Source: an uncultured virus (IMG/VR IMGVR_UViG_3300025630_000012) (lineage: Duplodnaviria; Heunggongvirae; Uroviricota; Caudoviricetes). From it: a stretch of DNA of 64,000 bases. Both the position numbers and the translations under genes were made by a program. The stretch lies in the IMG/VR virus record IMGVR_UViG_3300025630_000012; one strand, given 5' to 3'. The notes under the pieces are model-generated. The model saw only the letters and a list, made by a program, of their open reading frames with translations, did not search any database and was not told the origin of the DNA. Positions within the stretch are counted from its first letter, which is position 1. Every line of letters starts with the position of its first letter. Below are positions 1 through 9,115 of this stretch, piece by piece.

Positions 1-26
1 TTTTTAGGGCTTAAATAGCCTAAAAG

Positions 27-182
27 ATGAGAAGAAAAACATACAAAAAGCAATCAGGGGATTCCATCACCCAAACGGCAGGGTTTAAGACAACCAAGGC
101 GATGGTTGGCGGAGCAATCATAATATGGGGTCTCTTATCCCTTTTCAAGTGGGCTAACGCGCCTGAAAACGTGCGTAGTTAA
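27..182 (+). CDS. small membrane protein (51 aa) carrying the YKKQSG motif
   Basis: Manually translated (below the ORF track cutoff): MRRKTYKKQSG...MVGGAIIIWGLLSLFKW...; followed by a terminator. Confidence 0.7.
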   Translation: MRRKTYKKQSGDSITQTAGFKTTKAMVGGAIIIWGLLSLFKWANAPENVRS

Positions 183-201
183 ACACAAACCGAAACCGAT
201 G

Positions 202-234
202 AAAGGGGAGCGACATTCAGTTGCTCCCTTTTTT
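202..234 (+). terminator. rho-independent terminator
   Basis: GGGAGCGAC-attca-GTTGCTCCC hairpin followed by a T-run. Confidence 0.8.
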
Positions 235-238
235 ATTT

Positions 239-317
239 CCGCGTGTATCCCCTCATGCTTATACCATGTCGAAAGGGTAGTTGGTTCACGCAGGTTCAAT
301 CCCTGCCACGCGGACAA
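239..317 (+). tRNA. non-canonical tRNA-like RNA, anticodon TAT (Ile), no normal D-arm
   Basis: Acceptor CCGCGTG/CACGCGG + A + CAA; T-arm GCAGG-TTCAATC-CCTGC; CATG-CTTATAC-CATG anticodon hairpin. Confidence 0.65.
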
Positions 318-346
318 AAAAAAGCCCCCTATCGTTGAGGGGGCTT
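316..346 (-). terminator. terminator of the minus-strand early gene (possibly bidirectional)
   Basis: AAGCCCCCT/AGGGGGCTT stem with an A8 run (U-tract on the minus strand). Confidence 0.7.
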
Positions 347-368
347 CGTTGGAGAGGGGGTGTTAAAC

Positions 369-755
369 TCACATCTGCAAAAGCATATCTGCAAGTTCCT
401 CACCAATGTTTGTCTTCTTGCACCCCTTGCGAAGTTCGGCTTCCCAAACCTCACGCATGGATTCGTTTTTTTCCGTCTTGTAAGCGTTGTAGCGTGAGAG
501 AATTTTGGAGGCATCGTTTTCGGATACGTCCCACGCCTCTGAAACATTTCGGAGCAAGACACTCTCGATGTTCATGATTTGAGCCAATGCCACGACCTTG
601 TTGTCGTCGTTGTCAGAAATGACACGCTTGTAGGCTTCGATATTGTCCTCTCGAAGACCGCCAAGGAAGTGAGTCAGACCATTGTGTGTCCACTCCGCGT
701 ATTCGGGCATTGTACGCACTTTGGGTGCGGTGGGTTGTTCATTCGTGATGTTCAT
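369..755 (-). CDS. hypothetical protein (128 aa)
   Basis: ORF with protein-like composition, followed by a terminator. Confidence 0.75.
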   Translation of the reverse strand: MNITNEQPTAPKVRTMPEYAEWTHNGLTHFLGGLREDNIEAYKRVISDNDDNKVVALAQIMNIESVLLRNVSEAWDVSENDASKILSRYNAYKTEKNESMREVWEAELRKGCKKTNIGEELADMLLQM

Positions 756-897
756 GAGAATGGGGGTTGGGGGGTTCGCTCATTTAGGATGAGGGCAAAA
801 GGTATTAAGGGTTTATAGTTAGTCCCACTTGACAATGCTGTATCGTTTGAACCAATATCTGCTCATAATGTTGGGGGTTTGGGGTTTAACTCTGATG

Positions 898-905
898 CTA
901 ATGTA
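898..905 (-). promoter_or_regulatory. possible Bacteroidota-type -7 promoter element (TACATTAG)
   Basis: Variant of TAnnTTTG with TTTG upstream on the minus strand; the same octamer occurs at 4466-4473 (+). Confidence 0.4.
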
Positions 906-948
906 AAGCGAACTTTACAAAAATCCAAACGTCAAAATAAAAAAAATG

Positions 949-1019
949 TTGTCCCGCAAGGATTCGAACCTTGAATGACTGAACCAAAATCAGTAGTGTT
1001 GCCGTTACACCACGGGACA
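949..1019 (-). tRNA. tRNA-Gln (anticodon TTG)
   Basis: Reverse complement TGTCCCGTGGTGTAACGGCAACACTACTGA-TTTTGGT-TCAGTCATTCAAGGTTCGAATCCTTGCGGGACAA folds as a canonical cloverleaf. Confidence 0.93.
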
Positions 1020-1119
1020 AAGAAAGAGGCTCTTGACGTTTCAAAAGCCTCTCCAAACAAATTTCATTTACTCTTCAATTCGTCTTTTGATGAGTGGGGC
1101 AAGTATAGGTTGGTTGCTT

Positions 1120-1305
1120 CTAAAAGTCAACCCCATCCTCTATTGTTTTTTGAAGTGACTTTCTATACTCTGATAAGAAGGATGATACTATCATTTTTGC
1201 CGTCTCTTTCTCTTTCCATGTAATGAGTTTGTAGTCCTCCAATGCGTCAGCAATTTTTGTGGAAGCCTCATCTATCGTAATCGCCCGTCTATTTTTTGAT
1301 TCCAT
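1120..1305 (-). CDS. hypothetical protein (61 aa)
   Basis: ORF overlapping the stop of the upstream methyltransferase. Confidence 0.5.
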   Translation of the reverse strand: MESKNRRAITIDEASTKIADALEDYKLITWKEKETAKMIVSSFLSEYRKSLQKTIEDGVDF

Positions 1306-1828
1306 AAAACTGAATGTCTTTGTGGTCTAAATCTAATGAAATTTGATATTCACTAAAAGCAGAATTTGGGTCAAGCGCGTGAATGAAATCACCTTGGTTC
1401 AGATTGCGGTAATAGTTAGCCCATTCAGGCACTTGTGTAGTAAAGGGGCTATCCGTATTCTTCGTTTTTGCCGTTCCATGTTCGGGTCTACCCGTAGTTG
1501 CACAAGTGACGACCATCAAACCTCCTTTTCGGACGAGGTGAAGCATATTTCGGAGGCTCTCTACCCAATACATATCGTGTTCGAGCATTTCGGTGCTAAT
1601 AACGACATCGGCCTTTTTTCTTGGCTTGAACTCGTGTGCTTTGCTGACGACATCCACGTTCTTACCTTCGCCAATGTCCACACCCGTATATTGTGCGCCT
1701 TCAAAATGAACTTTGTTATTCCCGTTAATGTCTAACGAACCAAAATCGTAGACGACCACATTTTCAAAAAAATGAGGAAACTTGTTTTTAACCGATTCAA
1801 CGTATTCGAATTGTGCCTTGTGTGCCAT
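1289..1828 (-). CDS. class I SAM-dependent methyltransferase
   Basis: Motif I VYDFGSLDING, YTGVD, DVVISTEMLEHD, and LVRKGGLMVVT. Confidence 0.85.
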   Translation of the reverse strand: MAHKAQFEYVESVKNKFPHFFENVVVYDFGSLDINGNNKVHFEGAQYTGVDIGEGKNVDVVSKAHEFKPRKKADVVISTEMLEHDMYWVESLRNMLHLVRKGGLMVVTCATTGRPEHGTAKTKNTDSPFTTQVPEWANYYRNLNQGDFIHALDPNSAFSEYQISLDLDHKDIQFYGIKK

Positions 1829-1849
1829 AGCTTAAAAAAATGATTTGAG

Positions 1850-2689
1850 ATGCAAGTTTACGACGCAGAAAGATGCGAATGGGGAAATGAATTGGTAAGA
1901 GTTGTTCCATTTATTTATCACGAACATTTGAACGGAAAGGATGTTGCGGTGGAAACCACCCGTGGTATGCGCTCCTTCTATTATTTTTTACCGAATGATA
2001 GAATAATTGAAAAGCACCGACATCGCTATAATTTACAGGGATTAAAAAAAACGGATATACCGCCCCAAAATCTCTACGCTGACGAACTCAATTACGAAAG
2101 GTGGACACCACCTCCGTACAAAAAAGATTTTTCAAACAAGCCACTTAAAATGCCGTTAAAGGGCTTTTCAAAAAGACGAGGTACAATTATTGTCAGCAAT
2201 AAACACAACAAAGAGTGGTTGTGGGAGGGGTTAAACACAATTCCGCTTGAAGTTTTGGATGAGATTTTTACACGGCTGACACCTAAATGGAATGTCATCT
2301 ACAATCGGCTCATGCCTCAATTCATTGTTGGAGACGATGACACCCTACAACATGATGAATTTGATGACGAGAGTATTTTGGTAAAGCACCCATCAGTCAT
2401 TGACATCAATAAGTTGTATTTGGACAATGCGCCTATGGATATTGGGGATTTTCAGTTGCGATTGTTCAGTAAGGCTGATAGGTTCATCAATGTACAGGGC
2501 GGTCTTGGTCATTTTGCTTCATTCTTTGGTGGCAGACAACTTTTTTACTTGGAGCGCAATGGGCACAAGCATATTGAACATCACAGGCTTAAAAACCTTC
2601 AAGAATGGCATTCGAGGTTAGGTGGCGCAGAAATTCAGGTAGCTACACGCTCTGACATCCTTGAAAAACTTGACTTTGTGGCTATTTGA
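1850..2689 (+). CDS. hypothetical protein, possibly glycosyltransferase-like (GT-B)
   Basis: 279-aa ORF; C-terminal ADRFINVQGGLGHFASFFG resembles a GT9-like signature; function uncertain. Confidence 0.5.
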   Translation: MQVYDAERCEWGNELVRVVPFIYHEHLNGKDVAVETTRGMRSFYYFLPNDRIIEKHRHRYNLQGLKKTDIPPQNLYADELNYERWTPPPYKKDFSNKPLKMPLKGFSKRRGTIIVSNKHNKEWLWEGLNTIPLEVLDEIFTRLTPKWNVIYNRLMPQFIVGDDDTLQHDEFDDESILVKHPSVIDINKLYLDNAPMDIGDFQLRLFSKADRFINVQGGLGHFASFFGGRQLFYLERNGHKHIEHHRLKNLQEWHSRLGGAEIQVATRSDILEKLDFVAI

Positions 2690-2784
2690 ACAAACAAGTG
2701 TTGAAAAACACCCAAATATATTCTTGGCAATACAGGTGGCGCGGTTTTACTTCGCAGTAATTGATAACCCCAAAACGAGTAGCT

Positions 2785-2970
2785 ATGACAATTCAAGAAA
2801 ACAACCGATTGATGCAAGAGCAGTTGTTGACACAGGCGAAGAAGTGCCGTACCAAGTACGAAAGCCTTTGCCGAAACCGCGATGTGATGCTCAAATCAGA
2901 ATTGAAAACGGAGTTGTTAACACGAGCCATGATTTTTGAGCGTGTTGCTCATAACTTGCTCATCGTCTGA
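2785..2970 (+). CDS. hypothetical protein
   Basis: Short helical ORF; ATG start chosen. Confidence 0.5.
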   Translation: MTIQENNRLMQEQLLTQAKKCRTKYESLCRNRDVMLKSELKTELLTRAMIFERVAHNLLIV

Positions 2971-3023
2971 CAAAATATCTTTCTACATTGTGCGTGAGTA
3001 GAGAAAGCAAAACAACAAATCAG

Positions 3024-3203
3024 ATGAATCGGTTAGAGCAACACATCTTGCGCCAAATTGAAATGGAATGGGCGCACATTGAAAGGATGAACAAGCATCG
3101 GGAGCGCATGAAGCACATTAGCTTCGCGTTGGCATATAGCAAGAGCGTAGAGGCGTTTCCTTTGCGTACTTTCGGAGAAGTAGTATTCGTGAGTATGAAC
3201 TGA
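3024..3203 (+). CDS. hypothetical protein
   Basis: A-rich leader; stop overlaps the next start (TGATG). Confidence 0.6.
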   Translation: MNRLEQHILRQIEMEWAHIERMNKHRERMKHISFALAYSKSVEAFPLRTFGEVVFVSMN

Positions 3204-3391
3204 TGGAACGTGATGAGGATAGAATCAAGGCTATCAAATGGTGGAAATCACTATCCTATGAAGAGAGAAAAAGAATCGCACACAATGAATCGAAGCAAAC
3301 GAGCGTAAGCCACTTTTTCAAAAGCATAATGCTGATTACCCGTGCTTATCGAAAGCACTTGCTGAAATCTCTTAAAAAACCAATCAAATGA
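3203..3391 (+). CDS. hypothetical protein
   Basis: Translationally coupled small ORF (WWKSLSYEERK). Confidence 0.65.
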   Translation: MERDEDRIKAIKWWKSLSYEERKRIAHNESKQTSVSHFFKSIMLITRAYRKHLLKSLKKPIK

Positions 3392-3702
3392 GTAATCCGT
3401 TAGAGGATACGTTGAAAGAGTTCAAGACGAACTACTACAATTTGCTTCAAGATTCCATGAATCTATTAGGTTTTGTCGCTAATGCAAGCAACGACTTCAA
3501 ACATGGGTTTGTCAATGAAGCGAAGTTGGAAAAGACGCTTCGGAAGTTCGAAGACGACTTTGATAGGCTGACAACCAAAGCCATCGAGGTAAAAGCTGAT
3601 TTTCAGATGTACAAATGGGAAAGGGAGAGGGCAGAAAATCACGGCAAGTCGGTAGAGGAAATCTTCAAAAACCATATCAATGGAAAATCTAATGTGGAGT
3701 AA
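3388..3702 (+). CDS. hypothetical coiled-coil protein
   Basis: ATGA overlap with the upstream gene. Confidence 0.7.
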   Translation: MSNPLEDTLKEFKTNYYNLLQDSMNLLGFVANASNDFKHGFVNEAKLEKTLRKFEDDFDRLTTKAIEVKADFQMYKWERERAENHGKSVEEIFKNHINGKSNVE

Positions 3703-3889
3703 GAACTTTTATGAAGATGCCGTTTTGCAATGCAATGGAGCACTATTACGCGACGCAAAGCATTTCGAAGTTCACGGACGCGCCTTCTCTACGGATAATG
3801 CCAAATATATGCTTGTGCTTTTTGGGACGCAGTTTGGCTACGAATCGACTTTGCAAGACAATTTTATCAACCTTAAAAAATTAAGCTAA
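3680..3889 (+). CDS. hypothetical protein
   Basis: Packed operon ORF. Confidence 0.6.
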   Translation: MENLMWSKNFYEDAVLQCNGALLRDAKHFEVHGRAFSTDNAKYMLVLFGTQFGYESTLQDNFINLKKLS

Positions 3890-3890
3890 C

Positions 3891-4127
3891 ATGACACCAC
3901 AAAAAGGTGAAAAAGCTATCGTACATGGCATCATGGACGACTACGGAACATTGGAATTTGTAAGCGAAAAGGCTTACCTGATTTCTCTTCCACACAATAG
4001 AAACGAAGGTTTTTGGATTCCAAAAAGCCAATGTGATTTTCGCGTGAGTGATACAGGATGGGAAGCAGAGGCTTCTGATTGGTTTGCGGAGAAAGTGGAA
4101 ACTAAATCCTTGAAGCAGGAGGCATGA
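3891..4127 (+). CDS. hypothetical phage protein
   Basis: SEKAYLI...WIPKSQ motif typical of small phage proteins. Confidence 0.7.
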   Translation: MTPQKGEKAIVHGIMDDYGTLEFVSEKAYLISLPHNRNEGFWIPKSQCDFRVSDTGWEAEASDWFAEKVETKSLKQEA

Positions 4128-4405
4128 GTTACCGAGCAAAACACGAGCGTGGCGACGGCATCGAAACTGCGCGTGGATACATTCATGTGTGTTTGACGTT
4201 CGAGGTTCGGGGGACTGCCGACCAACCCGAAGAGATTCGTGACAATGTGATAAACTACATTGACGAAGCCATATCAAAGGTTCAATATCCCTATTCAGAA
4301 ATGAGTTTGGAACACGTAGAAGTGGAGGGCGATGAGTTGGACTACCAAGATTGGGGTTATGAGGACTATGTGAACCATTTGGAAAACACAAGAGATGACC
4401 GCTAA
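4124..4405 (+). CDS. hypothetical acidic protein
   Basis: ATGA coupling. Confidence 0.65.
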   Translation: MSYRAKHERGDGIETARGYIHVCLTFEVRGTADQPEEIRDNVINYIDEAISKVQYPYSEMSLEHVEVEGDELDYQDWGYEDYVNHLENTRDDR

Positions 4406-4474
4406 CGTGTTGGAAAGAATTGATAAGTTCGCGTGTGAGGCATAATTAAAAAAGGTCGGGCATCTTACATTAGG

Positions 4475-4867
4475 ATGCTCGATTTTTTTTCAATGGATAT
4501 TCCTTTACCCGAAATACACAAAGTAATCTTAATCAAAATTGAAGACACTTCGTATGAATGTGATGTTCTGATAAGCGCAATCCCCCTTTTCAGCTATTAT
4601 GCACTCGTGTTGAGTTATGAAATGGAGCGAAAATTCTTCAAAGATTATGAGTTAGAAGACGTCTACCTGAATCAATTCTTTCCCGTAGAGAATCGCAAAT
4701 CTGCATTAAGTAACCTCAAAGCAGTTCAGACAAACGACGATTGGGTCGTAGAGCAAGCTAAAAAGGCATTTGCAGAGGCCGAGTTCACATTTAAGGGAGA
4801 AGATGACGATGATGACTATGATGACGATGATGACCCCTTAAAAGACCTGCAAATTCTATTTGATTGA
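4475..4867 (+). CDS. hypothetical protein with acidic tail
   Basis: ORF with a poly-Asp C-terminus. Confidence 0.7.
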   Translation: MLDFFSMDIPLPEIHKVILIKIEDTSYECDVLISAIPLFSYYALVLSYEMERKFFKDYELEDVYLNQFFPVENRKSALSNLKAVQTNDDWVVEQAKKAFAEAEFTFKGEDDDDDYDDDDDPLKDLQILFD

Positions 4868-5688
4868 TGTCAAAATGCGGATACATACAGGATTTCGAGA
4901 ACAAATTGGAGTCGCTGAAAAAATCAGGGGTAAGTTTCCGCGTTGAAATATCAGGTATGACAAGGGTCATACACTTTCTTGATGCCTTTGGAAACACGAC
5001 GAACAAGGACGTTTACTTCGGTTTTAAGGGAATTAAAAGAATGGACGGGTTGGAGTTGGTTACAGGGGTAAGGCACGAGATTCGAAAGCGTATCAAAGAA
5101 GGCGAGAAACCACCCAAGTTTACGATTGGCACAAAAGTGCTTCTTTTCCACAAGCCCAACTTACAGGCGGTAGCAGAAGAGGAGGTAGACATCGCTGAAA
5201 TTGACCTCAATGCTTGTTATTGGACAACGGCATATCAACTTGGCTTTATCAGCGATAAGTTGTTTGCGAAAGGTTGGGCAAAGAGGCGACAAGCCAAGAT
5301 TGGACTCCTTACGGCTATCGGTAGTTTGAATAAAGGGACGTATATTGAAAACTATGAATTTGGAAAAGGCCGTGGAATAGAAAAAACAAATAAGGACGAT
5401 GAATTGCGTCCGTATTATTGGGCGGTGATTAACAAGGTTCATGAATTGATGAACGAAGCCGTAAATAGCATTCCCGAAAAAGATTTCTGTATGTGGTTAA
5501 CGGATTGCATCTATTTAAGAAGGGAATCCGCTGAAAGCATTAAAGAATTTTTTGATATTAAGGGGTATGACTATAAAGAATGCAAGAGTAGAATACTGAA
5601 AGTTGAGGACAGGAAGGTGCATTGGGTCAACAAAAAAACAGGTGAAACCAAATATGTTTTTTTCTCCGAAAGCGTGAGAATAAAATAA
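4867..5688 (+). CDS. minimal family-B DNA polymerase-like palm protein
   Basis: Ordered motifs EIDLNACYW (A), KIGLLTAIGSL (B), MWLTDCIY (C); no exonuclease domain. Confidence 0.55.
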   Translation: MSKCGYIQDFENKLESLKKSGVSFRVEISGMTRVIHFLDAFGNTTNKDVYFGFKGIKRMDGLELVTGVRHEIRKRIKEGEKPPKFTIGTKVLLFHKPNLQAVAEEEVDIAEIDLNACYWTTAYQLGFISDKLFAKGWAKRRQAKIGLLTAIGSLNKGTYIENYEFGKGRGIEKTNKDDELRPYYWAVINKVHELMNEAVNSIPEKDFCMWLTDCIYLRRESAESIKEFFDIKGYDYKECKSRILKVEDRKVHWVNKKTGETKYVFFSESVRIK

Positions 5689-5694
5689 GATGCC

Positions 5695-6531
5695 ATGAAT
5701 TACGAACTGACATTATTTTCGGTGATAGACAAGGAGAAGTATGAAAAATTCGTGCTTCCCTTCATTTACTTTCCGTTGGCGACCAATATGGATGTCAAAG
5801 TCGAAGTTGCAGTCAAGAACTACGCGGAGTTCATCAAGCAAAATGCCGATGCGATTGACCTCCTTGAAATGTGGTTTCCGAAACAATTCGACATACACCC
5901 CATAGAGAGTGAGTATTGGAACGTCCTGCCGTGCGGTTCTACGGCTCGGTTCTACACGAGGCCGACATCGTTTCAGACCTATTACACCAAGATTTCGGAT
6001 ATAGACATCATGCACATTGATAAGCATATCGTGAGGCACTTTCTGAACCTTGATATGTACATCGAGCAGTTGTCAGAGCGTCCGTACTTGGCTTTGAAGC
6101 GTGAGGGTGCAAGCAAGTTAAGCGGAACGATGTGCGTCCGAACGGATGATTTCTACACGAAAGAGTGGGAGGAGCACGTAGCCAAGTATATGGAGGATGT
6201 GTGGGAGTTTAGCAAGTTCTCGAACAAGCTACCGCCATTTGACCAACCACACTACTACTATGATGAGTATGTGAATTGGGATTTGGTCGTTCCTGTTCAC
6301 GGCAAGCCAAAAAATGATGGTATCGACGAGAGTGTAATAAGACCTATACAGGGCATTCATATAAGCCCAAATCGCCCTGCCTACGCCCCAAAGTGGCAAC
6401 CCGACTTCCCCGATTGGGGTATAACAGAAGAGCGTAGGGAGCGGATGGATGAGATTCGCAAAACGAGGCAATATCAAATCATCAGCATGATGTTCACGCA
6501 GGAGATGAGGGATTTGCTCGCCCAAATTTGA
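5695..6531 (+). CDS. putative GT-A glycosyltransferase-like protein
   Basis: DxD motif (ISDIDIMH) after a beta strand; later YYDEY and IH motifs. Confidence 0.5.
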   Translation: MNYELTLFSVIDKEKYEKFVLPFIYFPLATNMDVKVEVAVKNYAEFIKQNADAIDLLEMWFPKQFDIHPIESEYWNVLPCGSTARFYTRPTSFQTYYTKISDIDIMHIDKHIVRHFLNLDMYIEQLSERPYLALKREGASKLSGTMCVRTDDFYTKEWEEHVAKYMEDVWEFSKFSNKLPPFDQPHYYYDEYVNWDLVVPVHGKPKNDGIDESVIRPIQGIHISPNRPAYAPKWQPDFPDWGITEERRERMDEIRKTRQYQIISMMFTQEMRDLLAQI

Positions 6532-6623
6532 ACATCGGCTCGGTGGAAATATCGACAATAGGGTGTTGATAACGGGTTGGCGCAAAAAGCTGAAAAGTTT
6601 ATTCAGAAATATAAATTGCGCCC

Positions 6624-6941
6624 ATGCCGTACATACCAAAAGCAAAAAAGAAATCTGACGCAGAGATTGCCTTACTTCGCGTCAAGTACGCCAAGCATCA
6701 GTTTGAGATTAAAGAGGGTCTATTCTTGACAATCGACATCTACAATGAGTTGGCAGAGGCTTTCAACAAAGCCGTTCAAAAGGGCAAAGAGTCGTTTAAG
6801 TTTAAGGGACACGTTCTCACTACGGATTACGCGGCCTTCTGCTTGCACCGCTACGACAATATCGACCCTTCTTTTGACGAAGAAGCGATTGCGTGGATGG
6901 CAAAACAAATCGAAAATGCCAAAGGAACATCGCAATCTTAA
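6624..6941 (+). CDS. hypothetical protein
   Basis: ORF with a basic N-terminus. Confidence 0.7.
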   Translation: MPYIPKAKKKSDAEIALLRVKYAKHQFEIKEGLFLTIDIYNELAEAFNKAVQKGKESFKFKGHVLTTDYAAFCLHRYDNIDPSFDEEAIAWMAKQIENAKGTSQS

Positions 6942-7185
6942 CCCTCTCTTGTATGAGATTTTAGCCGACAACCAAGCCATGATAGCGGATGGTTGGGCAA
7001 GGGCTATAATCGGTCATACTTGCGGTACGAATGTCCGCGCAGTTTATGATGTCCAAACCATGTTAGACATCCTGACTGAAACAATGAGCGAGGACGAGGC
7101 GTGGGAACACCTTGAATTTAATGTGTTTGGAAACCACGATGAGAAAGAACCAATTTTCGTATATCAGTTAAGAAATGGCAAGTAA
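6916..7185 (+). CDS. hypothetical phage protein
   Basis: ADGW..AIIG...AVYD...MSEDEAWEHLEFNV pattern common in aquatic phages; internal ATG chosen. Confidence 0.7.
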   Translation: MPKEHRNLNPLLYEILADNQAMIADGWARAIIGHTCGTNVRAVYDVQTMLDILTETMSEDEAWEHLEFNVFGNHDEKEPIFVYQLRNGK

Positions 7186-7540
7186 GAAGAAAACCAAACT
7201 CTACAAAATTTTGCATGAGCGCGAAATGTCCGTGAAGGATTTAGAACGCGCCCTTGAATCGGTAGGTGAAAAGATTGAATACTACCAACTGACGGAGTTT
7301 AGAAGCGGTGTTCGCACCAATTACACAACCGAAACACTTTACAAGTTGTGCAAGGCACTTGAATGCACCCCAAACGACATCGTAGATTGGTCAGAGAAGC
7401 CACAACCTAAATCCAAAAGAGGTCGTGCCAAGAGCGAGCAGGAAATGAAGGTGATGGATAATCTTGATGAGCGAGAAGACGATTTGATTGAAGAAGTTGA
7501 GGCATCCGAAGAGGAGGAAATGGACGATTGGGGATTCTAA
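7175..7540 (+). CDS. XRE/Cro-like HTH transcription regulator
   Basis: LYKILHEREMSVKDL...TLYKLCKALECTPNDIV. Confidence 0.85.
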   Translation: MASKKKTKLYKILHEREMSVKDLERALESVGEKIEYYQLTEFRSGVRTNYTTETLYKLCKALECTPNDIVDWSEKPQPKSKRGRAKSEQEMKVMDNLDEREDDLIEEVEASEEEEMDDWGF

Positions 7541-8283
7541 TGCCACCATCTTTTTGGAAATATCTTGTGTCACTCCGTGGGGGTGAAAAATTCATTTTGA
7601 TGTGGGCTTGGATAGCTTCGCAAATGGATGAAGAGCGCATTGAATTTTCCTTCAAGAACCTCGCGCACCGCTTTGATATTCCACGTAGTTCATTCGCTCG
7701 CCACTTGGCAGAAGTGAGACAACTTTGGGACAAAAGTGAGACAAACTTGGGACAATTTTGGGTCAGGGGCGGGATTGGCTTTCAAAGAGTTACGCCAAAT
7801 GTTGGGACAACTTTGAGACAAACTTGGGACAAACCTGAGACAAACTTGGGACAAGTTGAGAAGCAAAAAGCCCCCGAAACCAACAAGGCAAAGGCAACGT
7901 CAGAAGACGCAGACGCTCCCTTCATCGAAGAGGTGATTGCCTACCTCAATGAGAAAACGGGCAAACGATACAGAGCGTCAAATCAACAGGCATCAAAACT
8001 CATCAAGGGTCGAATTAAAGAAGGATACGACCTTGACGATTTCAAAAAAGTTATAGACAATAAATACGAGGCTTGGGTGGGCAGTCAGCAGGAGATGTAT
8101 CTTCGTCCTGTAACGCTATTCGGAAACAAATTCGATAGCTACTTAAACGAAAGTCCTGACAATCGAAAGGCGCACACCTTCCATAGCAAAATCAGTAACC
8201 ATGCTACAAAAGAGCGAAAATGGGAATCAGCAATTAGCGATGCAGAAGAAATCAGCTATTCTGAATTTGTTGACCCTACCTAA
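7540..8283 (+). CDS. phage replication initiator (N-terminal HTH, conserved phage C-terminal domain)
   Basis: VIAYLNEKTGKRY...YLRPVTLFGNKFDSYLNE (Phg_2220_C-like); internal iterons. Confidence 0.85.
   Translation: MPPSFWKYLVSLRGGEKFILMWAWIASQMDEERIEFSFKNLAHRFDIPRSSFARHLAEVRQLWDKSETNLGQFWVRGGIGFQRVTPNVGTTLRQTWDKPETNLGQVEKQKAPETNKAKATSEDADAPFIEEVIAYLNEKTGKRYRASNQQASKLIKGRIKEGYDLDDFKKVIDNKYEAWVGSQQEMYLRPVTLFGNKFDSYLNESPDNRKAHTFHSKISNHATKERKWESAISDAEEISYSEFVDPT
7715..7856 (+). repeat. 11-bp iteron arrays, probable replication origin
   Basis: TG(A/G)GACAA-nnn x4 (7715-7758) and x5 (7803-7856); the arrays are in phase (88 bp = 8x11). Confidence 0.8.
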
Positions 8284-9115
8284 AGAAACTAAAACCATAG
8301 TGAACGCATCATTTCAAACCAAGATTAAGGAGATGACGGAAGATGGATTCCGCCAAATTCATATTATCCTCTTGAAGTGGGGTAAGTTCCTTGGAATAAA
8401 GGATATGCCCAATGCGGAGGAAATCAAAATGATTGTCTTCTTTATCAAGCAGAACTTTGGGGATTTGACGCTCGATGAAATTACGAATGCGTTCAATCTT
8501 GCCATAGCAAGAAAGTTGTCGGTAGACCCCAACCACTACCAAAATTTTAGCGCACTATACATAGGAGGCATTTTGGATGCCTACAAGGAGTACAAAATCA
8601 GCCACATCCAATTGTTCCGTCAAAAGGAAATGGAGGAGCAGGAGCGTGTGTTAGCTGAAAAGAATAAGCCCTCCAAAGAGGAGTTGAAGGAAATGCGACT
8701 CAACTCACTCCTGACGATTTGGGATAACTACAAGGCGGGCGAAGAGGAGGAGGTTGAATGGCAAGTCACCGCATACTACGACATTCTTACTGACGCGGGG
8801 CTTATTACGCTTTCAAACGATGAAAAGAAAGACATCGCAGAAAGGGCAAAGGCCATTTGCTTGGATGAGGTTCAAAATTCGAAGAAAAACCCATTCCAAA
8901 TTCAGCGATTTGTCAAGGAAATTACAGGACATTCACCTAAAACCCCTTCACAAAAGGTAGTTACGCGGTGTAAGCTGTTGGCTACGCAGATGTATTTCGA
9001 TAATTTAATTCGTGATGGTGTAGATTTAAGAGAACAATTAAATCTCACGGAAGATGATAGATTTACGCCTACCGCAGAACGAGGAGGAGAGAGTCAGGTT
9101 GTGGAAGAAGTTTGA
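8201..9115 (+). CDS. putative replication accessory / helicase-loader-like protein
   Basis: Follows the initiator; LTLDEITNAF...FSALYIGGILDAY pattern; function inferred from position. Confidence 0.5.
   Translation: MLQKSENGNQQLAMQKKSAILNLLTLPKETKTIVNASFQTKIKEMTEDGFRQIHIILLKWGKFLGIKDMPNAEEIKMIVFFIKQNFGDLTLDEITNAFNLAIARKLSVDPNHYQNFSALYIGGILDAYKEYKISHIQLFRQKEMEEQERVLAEKNKPSKEELKEMRLNSLLTIWDNYKAGEEEEVEWQVTAYYDILTDAGLITLSNDEKKDIAERAKAICLDEVQNSKKNPFQIQRFVKEITGHSPKTPSQKVVTRCKLLATQMYFDNLIRDGVDLREQLNLTEDDRFTPTAERGGESQVVEEV

Noticed and set aside
135..577. ORF-track ORFs 135..317(-), 281..577(+) and 329..562(-)
   Set aside because: They overlap the terminators, the tRNA-like RNA and the better ORF 369..755; shadow ORFs.
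975..1223. ORF 975..1223(+)
   Set aside because: Antisense to tRNA-Gln and ORF 1120..1305; no protein-like features.
7715..7856. Possible CRISPR array
   Set aside because: 11-bp contiguous units with no unique spacers, inside a coding initiator gene; no cas genes.
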